A stretch of 63,008 nt of DNA, the filler included, from Clostridia bacterium (GTDB taxonomy: Bacteria > Bacillota > Clostridia > Acetivibrionales > JBAZRJ01): the NCBI GenBank assembly GCA_041662985.1. It is 3 parts of 3 records of this genome, joined end to end, with 100 filler letters (N's around TTAATTAATTAA, not from the genome) between each part and the next. Parts side by side here need not be neighbours in the genome. Positions count along the whole stretch, not along the records: positions 24,629 to 47,412 come from JBAZRJ010000032.1; 2 more parts are not named here. One strand, given 5' to 3'. The position numbers and the translations under genes are program-made. The notes beneath the pieces were generated by a model. That model searched no databases and was not told the origin of the DNA. It saw nothing but the letters and a program-made list of their open reading frames with translations. Below are positions 29,574 through 40,179 of the stretch, piece by piece. The first letter of the stretch is position 1. Each line of letters opens with the position of its first letter.

Positions 29574-30896
29574 TTGGAAGAATACTTTCATTCGGTTAAA
29601 CTAGATGAAGACAAGTGCAAAGGCTGTACAAATTGCATAAAAAGATGCCCCACAGAAGCTATAAGAGTAAGAAAAAGCAAGGCGCGCATTATTAATGAGA
29701 GATGTATTGATTGCGGAGAATGCATAAGGATTTGTCCTCATCACGCAAAAATGGCTATAACCGACTCATTTGAAATGACAAATAAATTTAAATATAAAGT
29801 CGCAATTCCGGCACCTTCGTTGTACGGCCAATTTAAACCTGAATTTTCCCGTAACCATATATTGACGGCATTGATTGAAATAGGATTTAATGAGGTTTAC
29901 GAGGTTGCAAACGGAGCTGAGATAATAACGAGAGAGACAAAAAAACTTATGAAAAAGAACGGGCAAAAAAAGCCGCTTATTTCATCTGCATGTCCGGCAG
30001 TTGTCAGACTTATTCAAGTAAGATTTCCGGATCTTATTGAAAATATAGTTCGCCTTGAGTCGCCGATGGAGGTTTCAGCAAACATAATAAAAAATGAAAT
30101 TGCAAATAGGAAAGGACTTAAACCTGAAGATATAGGAGTTTTTTTTCTGACACCCTGTGCTGCAAAGGTTACAAGCGTAAAGGCACCTTACGAAAAAGAA
30201 AAATCATCTGTTGATGGTGTTATATCAATCAAAGATGTTTATATTAAACTGGTAAATAAATTAGAAAAAATGAAAATCCCAAAAGACCTTGAAACTGCTG
30301 GTTATAAAGGCATTAGATGGGCAAATTCGGGAGGAGAAGGCATCGCTCTTGGAACTGATAAATATTTGGCAGTGGATGGAATTCATAATGTAATCACGAT
30401 ACTTGAAGAAATTGAAAATGAAAACCTTGAGGACGTTGATTTCATTGAGGCGTTAGCATGTACCGGCGGTTGCCTTGGAGGACCTCTTACCGTGGAAAAT
30501 GTATATGTTGCAAAGACGAGGTTGAAAAAGCATATTGATCGGGCAAAGGAAAATGCGTCAAAACTTGAAAAAGTCGAAAAATCGAATAAAGGTTATATAT
30601 GGACGGGAAAGATTGAACATAGACCTATAATGAAACTCGACAATGACTTTGCTGTGGCGATGAAGAAATTAGAAGAACTTGAGGTTATTTGCAAAGATCT
30701 TCCGGGTTTGGATTGCGGATCGTGCGGGGCACCAAGCTGCAGAGCTCTTGCAGAGGATATTGTAAGAGGTAAAGCGAATGAAACCGACTGTATTTTTAAA
30801 CTTAGAGACAAAGTCAGAATGCTTGCAGGTGAAATGATGGAACTCGAAGAAAAAATGCCTCCTGTAATGGATAAGAAACGTGTTGTGAAGGAGTGA
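29574..30896 (+). CDS. Atypical (sensory-type, HydS-like) [FeFe]-hydrogenase
   Basis: 2x[4Fe-4S] N-terminus, divergent motifs SSACPAV, TPCAAK, EALACTGGCLGGP, C-terminal DCGSCGAPSC; TTG 29574 with GGAGG RBS. Confidence 0.85.
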   Translation: MEEYFHSVKLDEDKCKGCTNCIKRCPTEAIRVRKSKARIINERCIDCGECIRICPHHAKMAITDSFEMTNKFKYKVAIPAPSLYGQFKPEFSRNHILTALIEIGFNEVYEVANGAEIITRETKKLMKKNGQKKPLISSACPAVVRLIQVRFPDLIENIVRLESPMEVSANIIKNEIANRKGLKPEDIGVFFLTPCAAKVTSVKAPYEKEKSSVDGVISIKDVYIKLVNKLEKMKIPKDLETAGYKGIRWANSGGEGIALGTDKYLAVDGIHNVITILEEIENENLEDVDFIEALACTGGCLGGPLTVENVYVAKTRLKKHIDRAKENASKLEKVEKSNKGYIWTGKIEHRPIMKLDNDFAVAMKKLEELEVICKDLPGLDCGSCGAPSCRALAEDIVRGKANETDCIFKLRDKVRMLAGEMMELEEKMPPVMDKKRVVKE

Positions 30897-30902
30897 GAAA
30901 CT

Positions 30903-31232
30903 GTGAAAGTTAAAGAATTCGCTGACAGACTGAACTTGAAAATTATATCGGGTGGAGAAGGACTTGAAAAAGAAGTGTCGGGTGTGTATGTGAGTGACTT
31001 ATTAAGCTGGGTAATGTCACATGCAGAAAAAGGCAATGCGTGGATAACAGTTCACACGCATATAAACACCGTGGCTATTGCTGTTTTGAACGATTTGTCC
31101 TGCATAGTTATTCCCGAAAATGTTGAAGTTGAAAAGGCAACAGTCGAAAAAGCAAAAGAAGAAAAAGTGGTAATACTTTCAATAGAAAAAACAGCATATG
31201 AAATATGTTTGGGAGCAGGGAAAATTCTATGA
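30903..31232 (+). CDS. DRTGG-domain protein
   Basis: VYVSDLLSWVMS, AWITV, NTVAIA. Confidence 0.83.
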   Translation: MKVKEFADRLNLKIISGGEGLEKEVSGVYVSDLLSWVMSHAEKGNAWITVHTHINTVAIAVLNDLSCIVIPENVEVEKATVEKAKEEKVVILSIEKTAYEICLGAGKIL

Positions 31233-31984
31233 AATATGCAGTTGACCTTCACATTCACACAGCTCTTTCGCCGTGTTCGGACATTGAAATGACGCCAAAC
31301 AACATTATTAACATGGCGAAGCTAAAGGGACTGGACATAATTGCGATTACCGATCATAATTCTGCGCAGAATTGCCATGCAGTAATTGAATGTTCAAAAG
31401 ATTCCGACGTCCTGGTTGTCCCGGGGATGGAGATTGAGACAAAAGAGGAGATTCATGTTGTTTGTTTATTTCCGGAATGCAAAGCAGCTATTGAGATGCA
31501 GAACTTTATAACGCCGTATTTACCAAATTTGAAAAATATTATTGAAATTTTTGGAGAACAGTTGCTATTTGACGAGAATGACAATGTTGTGAATAAAGAA
31601 GATAGAATGCTGATTACAGCTGTGAATTTAAGTATAAACGAAGTATTTAAAAAAGTCCGGGAACTTGGAGGAGCTGCAATCCCAGCTCATGTTGACAGAA
31701 ATTCATATAGTATAATTTCAAATCTTGGAATGATTCCAAATGACTTAAACGTTAGATATTTAGAACTGTCAAAATCATGTGCCGCGGAAGATTTTTTATC
31801 AGACAATCCGATATTGAAAAAATATAAAATAATTAAATCCTCGGATGCTCACTACCTTGGAGATATATTAGAAAAAGAGGGTTTTATTGATATTAAAAGC
31901 AAGAATATAAAATGTTTGCTCGATGAATTCAGAAATAACAGAAAAGCAGTAAAAAAATTTGTTAAAGTTATTGAAGATAAATAA
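31229..31984 (+). CDS. PHP-domain phosphoesterase
   Basis: DLHIHT, AITDHN, PGMEI, PAHVDR, SSDAH; ATGA overlap with upstream gene. Confidence 0.9.
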   Translation: MKYAVDLHIHTALSPCSDIEMTPNNIINMAKLKGLDIIAITDHNSAQNCHAVIECSKDSDVLVVPGMEIETKEEIHVVCLFPECKAAIEMQNFITPYLPNLKNIIEIFGEQLLFDENDNVVNKEDRMLITAVNLSINEVFKKVRELGGAAIPAHVDRNSYSIISNLGMIPNDLNVRYLELSKSCAAEDFLSDNPILKKYKIIKSSDAHYLGDILEKEGFIDIKSKNIKCLLDEFRNNRKAVKKFVKVIEDK

Positions 31985-32027
31985 TTTATTTGTTATAATG
32001 TATTGAATATTGTTAAATACTTAACAA
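31971..32027 (+). promoter_or_regulatory. Sigma-A promoter with Rex operator
   Basis: TTGAAG-17-TATAAT with extended TG (31971-31999); perfect palindrome TTGTTAA-ATAC-TTAACAA (32010-32027) matching the Rex consensus. Confidence 0.82.
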
Positions 32028-32070
32028 TTACGGCTTGGAATTATATTTGTTGATCGGGAGGTCCTGAATA

Positions 32071-32577
32071 ATGGGTGCTGAAAATTGCTGTAACTGTGCT
32101 GATGAGTCTTTGGACGAAAGAGTACAGGAGTTGCAGAAAATCATTAATAAGTATAAAGACACAAAAGGTGCACTGATTCCTGTTTTACATGAAGCCCAGG
32201 AATTATACGGCTATTTGCCTATGGAAGTTCAAAAAAAGGTAGCGGAAGGTTTAAATATATCTCTTACCGAAGTGTACGGAGTTGTAACTTTCTATACACA
32301 ATTTTCATTGGTGCAAAAAGGAAAATACAAAATTCAGCTTTGCTTAGGGACGGCTTGCTATGTAAAGGGTTCGAAAGAAATTCTTGATAAATTAAAAGAA
32401 AAATTAGGAATCAATGTTGGCGAGTGTACCGATGACGGCAAGTTTTCACTTGAAGCATGCAGATGTATCGGTGCTTGCGGTTTAGCACCGGTAATGATGA
32501 TAAATGAAGAAGTATATGGAAGATTAACGCCGGATCAGATTGAGGGAATTGTGGATAAATACAAGGGAATGGGATAA
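32071..32577 (+). CDS. Hydrogenase NuoE-like subunit (HydC/HndA)
   Basis: LIPVLHEAQ, VYGVVTFY, CLGTAC, CIGACGLAP. Confidence 0.92.
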   Translation: MGAENCCNCADESLDERVQELQKIINKYKDTKGALIPVLHEAQELYGYLPMEVQKKVAEGLNISLTEVYGVVTFYTQFSLVQKGKYKIQLCLGTACYVKGSKEILDKLKEKLGINVGECTDDGKFSLEACRCIGACGLAPVMMINEEVYGRLTPDQIEGIVDKYKGMG

Positions 32578-32594
32578 TTTCTGCGAGGACATGA

Positions 32595-33161
32595 GTGATG
32601 AGAGATATTTCTATGCACATGATGGATATTATTCAAAATTCAATAACAGCATCCGCAACAAAAATTGAAATTTTGATAACTGCGAATTCAAAGAAAGATC
32701 TGCTTGAAATTAGAATTTCAGATAATGGTTGCGGAATGAATAAGGATTTTGTCAATAAAGTTACTGATCCCTTTGTTACAACCAGGACTATAAGAAAAGT
32801 CGGATTGGGAATCCCGATGTTTAGGGAATCAGCTATTGCAGCCGGTGGTTATTTTAGAATAAATTCTGAAATTTCAGAGGGAACGGATATCCTGGCAGGT
32901 TTCAAAATATCCAATATTGACAGAATTCCATTGGGTGATGTTGCAGAAACATTATCGGAGGTAATTATTTCAAGGCCTGATATTTCATATAAATTGGATT
33001 TGAAAAGTGATAAAGACGTGTTTGAATTTGATACAGAAAAAATCAGAGAAGTTTTACAGGGCGTTTCGATTTCGGAAATTGATGTAATCGGCTGGATAAA
33101 AGAAAATATTGAAGAAGGTTTGAAAAGCACACTTGGAGGTGTCTTGAATGAAATCGCTTGA
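32595..33161 (+). CDS. HATPase_c (histidine-kinase-like ATPase) protein
   Basis: DIIQNSI, DNGCGM, DPFVTTR, VGLGIP, PLGD. Confidence 0.85.
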   Translation: MMRDISMHMMDIIQNSITASATKIEILITANSKKDLLEIRISDNGCGMNKDFVNKVTDPFVTTRTIRKVGLGIPMFRESAIAAGGYFRINSEISEGTDILAGFKISNIDRIPLGDVAETLSEVIISRPDISYKLDLKSDKDVFEFDTEKIREVLQGVSISEIDVIGWIKENIEEGLKSTLGGVLNEIA

Positions 33162-33519
33162 TGAACTTGAAAAAATAAGAAATAAAACTCTTGATAATAT
33201 GAGTTTAAGGTCAAAAGATAAGACCATGAGAATCATTGTAGGTATGGCAACATGCGGAATAGCAGCGGGAGCAAAACCTGTAATGAATTCACTTTTGGAA
33301 GAGCTAAGAAGGCGAAATATCACAAATGTAAGTGTAACAATGACAGGCTGTATTGGTGTTTGCCGGCTGGAGCCTATCGTAGAAGTTATTGACCCAAGCG
33401 GTCTTAAAGTTACATACGTTAAAATGACTGCTGAAAAGGCTGCAAGAGTAGTTGCAGAGCACATTGTGAATGGCAGAATCTGTCTTGACCTGACAATCGG
33501 GGAAGCTGAAAAGGAATAA
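33148..33519 (+). CDS. Thioredoxin-like [2Fe-2S] ferredoxin subunit (HydD/HndB)
   Basis: VGMATCGIAAGA, TGCIGVCRLEP. Confidence 0.9.
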   Translation: MKSLDELEKIRNKTLDNMSLRSKDKTMRIIVGMATCGIAAGAKPVMNSLLEELRRRNITNVSVTMTGCIGVCRLEPIVEVIDPSGLKVTYVKMTAEKAARVVAEHIVNGRICLDLTIGEAEKE

Positions 33520-33536
33520 TAGGAGGGGTTTACAAC

Positions 33537-35333
33537 ATGCAAATAGTAAGATCTCATGTACTGATATGCGGTGGTACAGGATGTACTTCATCAAATTCGC
33601 CAAAAGTTATAGAAGAATTTAAAGTACAGTTAAATTTAAATAAAATTCAGGACGAAGTTAAAATAGTTCAGACGGGATGTCATGGATTATGTGCTGAAGG
33701 TCCGATTGTTGTAATATATCCGGAAGGTTCGATGTATACAATGGTCAAGGTTGAGGATGTAAAAGAAATTGTTGATGAGCACTTGATTAAGGGCAGAATT
33801 GTTAAGAGATTGCTTGCGGGAGATAAGGACGTACAGGATTTTACCAAATCGCTTGATAACGTTGAGTTTTTTAAAAAACAGCATAGAATTGCACTTAGAA
33901 ATTGCGGTGTTATTAATCCTGAAAATATTGATGAATATATTGCTTATGACGGATATAAGGCGCTTGGAACTGTTTTGACCACAATGAAACCGCATGATGT
34001 AATTGATACTTTGAAAATATCAGGGTTAAGAGGAAGAGGAGGGGGAGGATTCCCTACCGGCCTTAAATGGGAGTTTGCGGCAAAACAGAAAGCCAATCAG
34101 AAATATGTTTGCTGTAATGCTGACGAAGGCGACCCCGGAGCATTTATGGACAGAAGTGTTTTGGAAGGTGACCCCCATTCGGTAATCGAGGCGATGGCGA
34201 TTGCCGGCTATGCTATCGGTTCCAACCAGGGTTTCATATATGTCCGCGCGGAATACCCGATAGCTGTTAAAAGACTTAATATTGCGATTAAACAGGCAGA
34301 AGAATACGGAATGCTTGGTAAAAATATATTTGGAACAGATTTTGACTTTAATCTTGAAATAAGACTGGGAGCAGGCGCGTTTGTTTGCGGAGAAGAAACG
34401 GCTCTGATGACTTCAATAGAAGGATTCAGAGGAGAGCCGAGACCACGGCCGCCATTTCCTGCGGTAAAAGGGCTATGGCAGAAACCGACAATTTTGAATA
34501 ACGTTGAAACTTATGCAAATATACCGGTAATATTTCTAAAGGGTGCTGATTGGTTTGCAGGCATAGGAACTGAAAAGAGCAAGGGGACCAAAGTATTTGC
34601 GGTTGGAGGAAAGATTAATAATACAGGTTTGGTAGAGGTTCCTATGGGAACTACACTAAGAGAGATAGTTTATGATATCGGAGGAGGCATTCCGGGAGGC
34701 AAAAAGTTTAAAGCCGCTCAAACAGGCGGACCTTCGGGTGGATGTATACCGGTAAGTGAACTCGATATTCCGATTGATTATGATAATCTTATAAAAATTG
34801 GTTCAATGATGGGCTCCGGTGGATTAATCGTAATGGATGAAGACAATTGTATGGTTGATATCGCAAAGTTCTTCCTTGAATTTACTGTTGATGAGTCATG
34901 CGGCAAATGTCCGCCTTGCAGAATCGGAACAAAGAGAATGCTTGAGATATTGGAGAGAATTACAGGCGGTAAGGGAGAAGAAAGCGATATTGAAAAACTT
35001 GAACTTCTTGCCAAAAACATTAAGGCGGCAGCACTCTGCGGACTCGGTCAAACTGCTCCAAATCCTGTTTTGAGTACGCTAAAATATTTCAGGGATGAGT
35101 ATGATGCTCATGTTAAAGATAAAAGGTGTCCGGCAGGCGTTTGTAAATCAATGATGCATTTCATTATAAGTGCCGAAAGATGTAAAACTTGCGGAATATG
35201 TGCCAAGAACTGCCCGGTTGACTGTATTGCAGGTGAAAAGGGTGTTCCATATGTTATTGATCAGGAAAAATGTATTAAATGCGGCGTTTGTATGGAAAAA
35301 TGTCCGTTTAAGGCAATATTCAAGAACGCATAA
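33537..35333 (+). CDS. Hydrogenase NuoF-like diaphorase subunit (HydB/HndC)
   Basis: GLRGRGGGGFPTG, NADEGDPGAFMD, GEETAL, ESCGKCPPCR, C-terminal 2x[4Fe-4S]. Confidence 0.95.
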   Translation: MQIVRSHVLICGGTGCTSSNSPKVIEEFKVQLNLNKIQDEVKIVQTGCHGLCAEGPIVVIYPEGSMYTMVKVEDVKEIVDEHLIKGRIVKRLLAGDKDVQDFTKSLDNVEFFKKQHRIALRNCGVINPENIDEYIAYDGYKALGTVLTTMKPHDVIDTLKISGLRGRGGGGFPTGLKWEFAAKQKANQKYVCCNADEGDPGAFMDRSVLEGDPHSVIEAMAIAGYAIGSNQGFIYVRAEYPIAVKRLNIAIKQAEEYGMLGKNIFGTDFDFNLEIRLGAGAFVCGEETALMTSIEGFRGEPRPRPPFPAVKGLWQKPTILNNVETYANIPVIFLKGADWFAGIGTEKSKGTKVFAVGGKINNTGLVEVPMGTTLREIVYDIGGGIPGGKKFKAAQTGGPSGGCIPVSELDIPIDYDNLIKIGSMMGSGGLIVMDEDNCMVDIAKFFLEFTVDESCGKCPPCRIGTKRMLEILERITGGKGEESDIEKLELLAKNIKAAALCGLGQTAPNPVLSTLKYFRDEYDAHVKDKRCPAGVCKSMMHFIISAERCKTCGICAKNCPVDCIAGEKGVPYVIDQEKCIKCGVCMEKCPFKAIFKNA

Positions 35334-35372
35334 AGCAATATAAGTACACGTGATTAAAGGAGAGTAAGAATA

Positions 35373-37130
35373 ATGGAAAAGGTCAACATAACAATTGATA
35401 CCAGAAAAATTCAGGTGCCGGCCGACTATACTGTGCTGGAAGCTGCAAAATTCGCCAATATAGCAATTCCGACACTGTGTTTTTTAAAGGATATAAATGA
35501 AATCGGAGCATGCAGAATGTGTGTTGTTGAAATACAGGGAGCAAGAAGCCTTCAGGCTGCTTGTGTTTATCCTGTTTCAGAAGGACTGGTAATCTGGACT
35601 CAGTCTCCTGCAGTCAGAGAGGCGCGAAAAATAACGCTCGAGCTTATATTGTCAAACCATGATAAAAAATGTCTGACATGCGTCAGGAGCAGAAACTGTG
35701 AATTGCAAAAGCTTGCGGAGGATTTGAATATTCAGAGTACGATGTTTGAGGGGGAACGCCGCAAATTTGAGCTTGATAATTTTTCTCCGTCGGTAATAAG
35801 AGACCAGAACAAATGCGTGCTATGCAGAAGATGTGTCAGTATGTGCAAGAAAGTTCAGACAGTTGCGGTCATTGACACTATGGACAGAGGTTTTAAAACA
35901 GTGGTTTCACCGGCGTTTAACAGGTCTTTGATGGATGTTCCATGCACAATGTGCGGTCAATGTATAACAGTATGTCCAACAGGGGCGTTAAGAGAAAAAG
36001 ACGAAACCGATAAGGTTTGGGAAGCTCTTACAAACAAGGACTTGCATGTTGTGGTTCAAACTGCTCCGGCAGTAAGAGTCGCTTTGGGTGAAGAATTTGG
36101 AATGCCTATTGGGACAAGGGTTACGAGTAATATGATTGCATCGCTGCGTCGTCTGGGTTTTGAAAAGGTTTTCGATACCGATACAGCGGCTGATTTAACA
36201 ATTATGGAAGAGGGAACCGAACTTTTGGACAGAATCAAAAATGGCGGAAAGCTTCCGCTGATAACTTCCTGCAGTCCCGGTTGGATTAAGTTCTGCGAAC
36301 ATTATTTCCCTGAATTTATAGATAATCTTTCAACTTGTAAATCACCTCATGAAATGATGGGAACTATACTAAAGACATACTATGCGGAAAAAATGGGGAT
36401 TGATCCTAAAAAAATATTTGTGGTATCAATAATGCCATGCACCGCCAAAAAGTTTGAATCAAAAAGACCGGAATTAAGCTTTGCGGGAAATGTTGATGTC
36501 GACGTCGTCCTGACTACAAGAGAACTTGCCAGAATGATAAGAGAGGCGGGAATTGACTTTGCCTATCTTCCTGAAAGATACTATGATAATCCATTCGGCG
36601 AAGCAACAGGGGCCGGAGTAATATTCGGCGCAACAGGCGGAGTTATGGAAGCAGCATTAAGGACAGTTGCTGAAATACTTGAGGGTAAATCAATTGATGA
36701 GATTGAATACAAACAGGTTAGGGGAGTTGAAGGGATTAAAGAAGCAACGGTCACAGCCGGCGGGATTGAGATTAAGGCTGCTGTCGCTCACGGACTTGGA
36801 AATGCGAGAAAATTACTCGAAAAAATCAAAAAAGGTAAAGCAGAATATCATTTTGTTGAAATAATGGGCTGCCCCGGAGGATGTGTAAACGGCGGAGGAC
36901 AGCCGATACAACCGTCATCGGTCAGAAGCTGGATAGATGTTCGGGAAGAAAGAGCAAAGGCGATTTACGAAGAAGATAAGGATTTACCGATAAGAAAATC
37001 ACACGAAAATCCGGCAATCAAAATGCTGTACAAAGATTACTTCGATAAACCGGGAAGCCACAAGGCACACGAGCTGTTGCATACACATTATGTAAAGAGG
37101 GAAAATTACCCTTGCGTCAAAGAGAAGTGA
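35373..37130 (+). CDS. [FeFe]-hydrogenase catalytic subunit (HydA/HndD)
   Basis: TSCSPGW, MPCTAKKFE, EIMGCPGGCVNGGGQP. Confidence 0.96.
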   Translation: MEKVNITIDTRKIQVPADYTVLEAAKFANIAIPTLCFLKDINEIGACRMCVVEIQGARSLQAACVYPVSEGLVIWTQSPAVREARKITLELILSNHDKKCLTCVRSRNCELQKLAEDLNIQSTMFEGERRKFELDNFSPSVIRDQNKCVLCRRCVSMCKKVQTVAVIDTMDRGFKTVVSPAFNRSLMDVPCTMCGQCITVCPTGALREKDETDKVWEALTNKDLHVVVQTAPAVRVALGEEFGMPIGTRVTSNMIASLRRLGFEKVFDTDTAADLTIMEEGTELLDRIKNGGKLPLITSCSPGWIKFCEHYFPEFIDNLSTCKSPHEMMGTILKTYYAEKMGIDPKKIFVVSIMPCTAKKFESKRPELSFAGNVDVDVVLTTRELARMIREAGIDFAYLPERYYDNPFGEATGAGVIFGATGGVMEAALRTVAEILEGKSIDEIEYKQVRGVEGIKEATVTAGGIEIKAAVAHGLGNARKLLEKIKKGKAEYHFVEIMGCPGGCVNGGGQPIQPSSVRSWIDVREERAKAIYEEDKDLPIRKSHENPAIKMLYKDYFDKPGSHKAHELLHTHYVKRENYPCVKEK

Positions 37131-37163
37131 GAAGTTAGAGGTATTTGATTAGGAGGTGGAATA

Positions 37164-37742
37164 ATGGCGAAATTAGTTTGGAAACCAACAACGATTTTAA
37201 ATCCTGTTCCGGTTGTAATGGTAACTTGTTCGGACAATGAAGGAAAACCCAACATAATTACGCTTGCATGGACGGGTACGATAAACTCCGATCCGCCTAT
37301 GGTTTCTATATCTGTCAGGAAAGAAAGATATTCTCATAAGCTGATAAAAGATAAAGGAGAGTTTGCAATCAACTTGGTTTCGAGGAAACTTTTATATGCA
37401 ACCGACTACTGCGGCGTCAAATCCGGTAAAAACGAAGACAAATTCAAGGCTATGAAACTCACTCAGGAACCCGCATCAAAGGTTAATGTGCCAATAATAA
37501 AGGAAAGCCCAATCAATATCGAATGTAAGGTAACGAGTATTGTCGAATTGGGTTCACACGATATGTTTTTGGCTGAGATTGTGGCGGTGAATGTGGATGA
37601 AAGCCTAATAAACAGCAAAGGAAAGCTTGAAATTGAGAAGGCGGACCTGGTCTGTTTCTCACATGGAGAGTACTGGGGCATCGAAAAGTCGCTTGGCTTT
37701 TACGGATATTCTGTCGCAAAAAGGAAAAATATAAAGAGATAA
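37164..37742 (+). CDS. Flavin reductase family protein
   Basis: PVPVVMVT, NIITLAW, DYCGVKSG, ECKV, LGSHDMF. Confidence 0.9.
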   Translation: MAKLVWKPTTILNPVPVVMVTCSDNEGKPNIITLAWTGTINSDPPMVSISVRKERYSHKLIKDKGEFAINLVSRKLLYATDYCGVKSGKNEDKFKAMKLTQEPASKVNVPIIKESPINIECKVTSIVELGSHDMFLAEIVAVNVDESLINSKGKLEIEKADLVCFSHGEYWGIEKSLGFYGYSVAKRKNIKR

Positions 37743-37795
37743 AAGCCATATAAAAAATCCAAATTATTATCAAATGATGCAAATTATTTAAGATA

Positions 37796-38722
37796 TCACT
37801 TTCGTAATGTCTCTAAAACAGACTTAATATCCTCGGGAATATCGCAGGAAAGATTAATGGCTTTCTTTGTAATCGGATGAATAAATGAGACGCTTTCAGA
37901 GTGAAGACACTGTCGATTGATAAGGGGAGTGTTTTTTTCTTTTGTCGAATTCAGTTGAGGGTATAGCGTTTCACCAACCAAAGGATGACCGATTGCCTGG
38001 CAGTGAACCCTTATTTGGTGGGTTCTTCCGGTCTCGAGATTGAACCTGAGACAAGTTGCATCATTTAAATACTCGACTACCCGAAATGTCGTTACCGATT
38101 TATCGCCACTGTCGTCAATATGTCTTAACATTATACTGTCAGGTTTACGGGCAATGGGAAGGTCAATGGTACCTGATTTTTCGGAAATGATTCCGTTCAC
38201 AATTCCAAAATATTCTTTCTTGAAAATCTTTTCTTTCATTTGTTTTATCAGTGCTTCCTGGATATATTCGTTCTTAGCAAATAGTATTATTCCCGATGTG
38301 TCTCGGTCAAGCCGTGAAACAGGTCTGATTTTCTTTTTTTCGCCGTTATTAAGAAGATGATTCATAATACCGTTTGCAATCGTTCCGGTTGGATGGCCGC
38401 GGGTAGGGTGAACAACTATACCGGGTTGCTTATTAAGAACAATCAAAGATCTGTCCTCGTATATGATGTTGATTTCGATGTCTTCGGGCAATGAGTCGGA
38501 TTCCTCCTCGATATCTATGTTTGCGGATATCGTATCGCCGGGTTTTACGGCAGCGACTACAAAAACGGGAGTATTGTTCAAAAAAATCCTGTCGCTGTAC
38601 TTGAGTCTTTTTATAAGACGCGACGATAAGGACATTTTCTTTTTTAAAATGTCTCTGACCTGTCTGCCGGAATCATCTTCAGTTGTTGTATATTTAAGTA
38701 TTCCATGCTCATTAATGTTCAA
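37796..38722 (-). CDS. RluA-family pseudouridine synthase
   Basis: NKQPGIVVHP, RLDRDTSG, LETGRTHQIRVH; TTG 38722 preferred start. Confidence 0.93.
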   Translation of the reverse strand: MNINEHGILKYTTTEDDSGRQVRDILKKKMSLSSRLIKRLKYSDRIFLNNTPVFVVAAVKPGDTISANIDIEEESDSLPEDIEINIIYEDRSLIVLNKQPGIVVHPTRGHPTGTIANGIMNHLLNNGEKKKIRPVSRLDRDTSGIILFAKNEYIQEALIKQMKEKIFKKEYFGIVNGIISEKSGTIDLPIARKPDSIMLRHIDDSGDKSVTTFRVVEYLNDATCLRFNLETGRTHQIRVHCQAIGHPLVGETLYPQLNSTKEKNTPLINRQCLHSESVSFIHPITKKAINLSCDIPEDIKSVLETLRK

Positions 38723-38859
38723 AAATATCACCAAAATAATGGTATAACAGCGAGTGCCAAATATCAAGCGGAAAGATAATATTGAAATAAGCAATTCTAT
38801 TGTATAAAATGGAGTTAAACTTTCAGACAAAATATTTTTGCATAAAGGCGGACTATTAA

Positions 38860-40155
38860 ATGGGTATTAGAACAGATATATTATTAAAAAGGGAGTTTGG
38901 TATAAACGAAAGCATATTAAAACTTTCAGCTTCAGTTGAGAAACAAATAGAGGATGAGTTAAAGGAAATTGAAAAGATTAAAGAATTCAACCAATTAAAA
39001 GTTATAAAGGCGATGCAGGAGAATAAACTTAGCGACTCACACTTTTCCGGTACAACGGGATACGGTTATGACGACAGAGGCCGTCAAGTGCTTGATTCGA
39101 TATATGCAAGTGTGTTTAAGACCGAAGATGCACTGGTGAGGCATCAGATAGTATCCGGGACACAGGCGCTTGCAATTTGCATGTACGGTAATTTGAGGCC
39201 GGGAGACGAACTTCTTTCAATATCCGGAAAACCATACGACACACTGGAAGAAGTAATTGGAATAAGGGGCAGCGGCGAAGGTTCGCTTAAGGATTTTGGC
39301 ATTTATTACAGCCATACGGAATTGACGAAGGACGGAAAATTCGATCTGCCTGCAATTAAAAACGCAATAAACGAAAAAACGAAGATGATATTTATTCAAA
39401 GGTCCAGAGGCTACAATTGGAGGACTTCCTTAACAATAAGCGATATTAAATCCATAATTGAGTACATAAGAGATATAAAAAAGGATGTTATTGTTTTAGT
39501 CGACAACTGTTACGGAGAATTTGTCGAGGAGCAGGAACCAACTGAAATCGGAGCTGATTTGGTTGCCGGTTCTTTAATAAAGAATCCGGGAGGAGGTCTT
39601 GCGCTGACAGGAGGATATATTGCAGGGAAAGAGCGGTATGTAAGGAATTCAGCGTATAGATTGACTTCTCCGGGGCTTGGCAAAAAGGTTGGATCTACAC
39701 TTGGAAACAACAGAAATTTTTTGCAGGGTTTGTTTATGGCTCCGCATATTGTTGCTGAAAGCCTAAAGGGAGCTGTTTATTGTTCATTATTTATGCAATC
39801 GCTGGGATTTAGGGTTTCTCCGTTGATGGAAGAAAAACGAAGCGATATTATTCAGGCTATTATGTTCAATGATCCTGATACTCTGATTGCATTTTGCCAG
39901 GGAATCCAGAAGGGTTCACCGGTTGATTCATTTGTAACACCTGAACCTTGGGACATGCCGGGGTACGACTGCCCGGTAATCATGGCTGCAGGCGCATTTG
40001 TTCAGGGTGCATCGATTGAGCTCAGTGCCGATGCACCTATAAAGCCCCCATATATTGCTTATTTGCAGGGAGGCTTGGTATATGAACATGTTAAGCTGGG
40101 TATTATGACGGCAGTACAAAAAATGTTGGATAGGGGTATAATTAAGGGTGTATAG
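38860..40155 (+). CDS. YnbB-like PLP enzyme (methionine gamma-lyase/aluminium-resistance family)
   Basis: TTGYGYDD, SGTQAL, QRSRGY, DNCYGEFVE, GSLIKNPGGG, IELSAD. Confidence 0.9.
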   Translation: MGIRTDILLKREFGINESILKLSASVEKQIEDELKEIEKIKEFNQLKVIKAMQENKLSDSHFSGTTGYGYDDRGRQVLDSIYASVFKTEDALVRHQIVSGTQALAICMYGNLRPGDELLSISGKPYDTLEEVIGIRGSGEGSLKDFGIYYSHTELTKDGKFDLPAIKNAINEKTKMIFIQRSRGYNWRTSLTISDIKSIIEYIRDIKKDVIVLVDNCYGEFVEEQEPTEIGADLVAGSLIKNPGGGLALTGGYIAGKERYVRNSAYRLTSPGLGKKVGSTLGNNRNFLQGLFMAPHIVAESLKGAVYCSLFMQSLGFRVSPLMEEKRSDIIQAIMFNDPDTLIAFCQGIQKGSPVDSFVTPEPWDMPGYDCPVIMAAGAFVQGASIELSADAPIKPPYIAYLQGGLVYEHVKLGIMTAVQKMLDRGIIKGV

Positions 40156-40179
40156 GATTTATTGCGGCGGGAGGTACTA

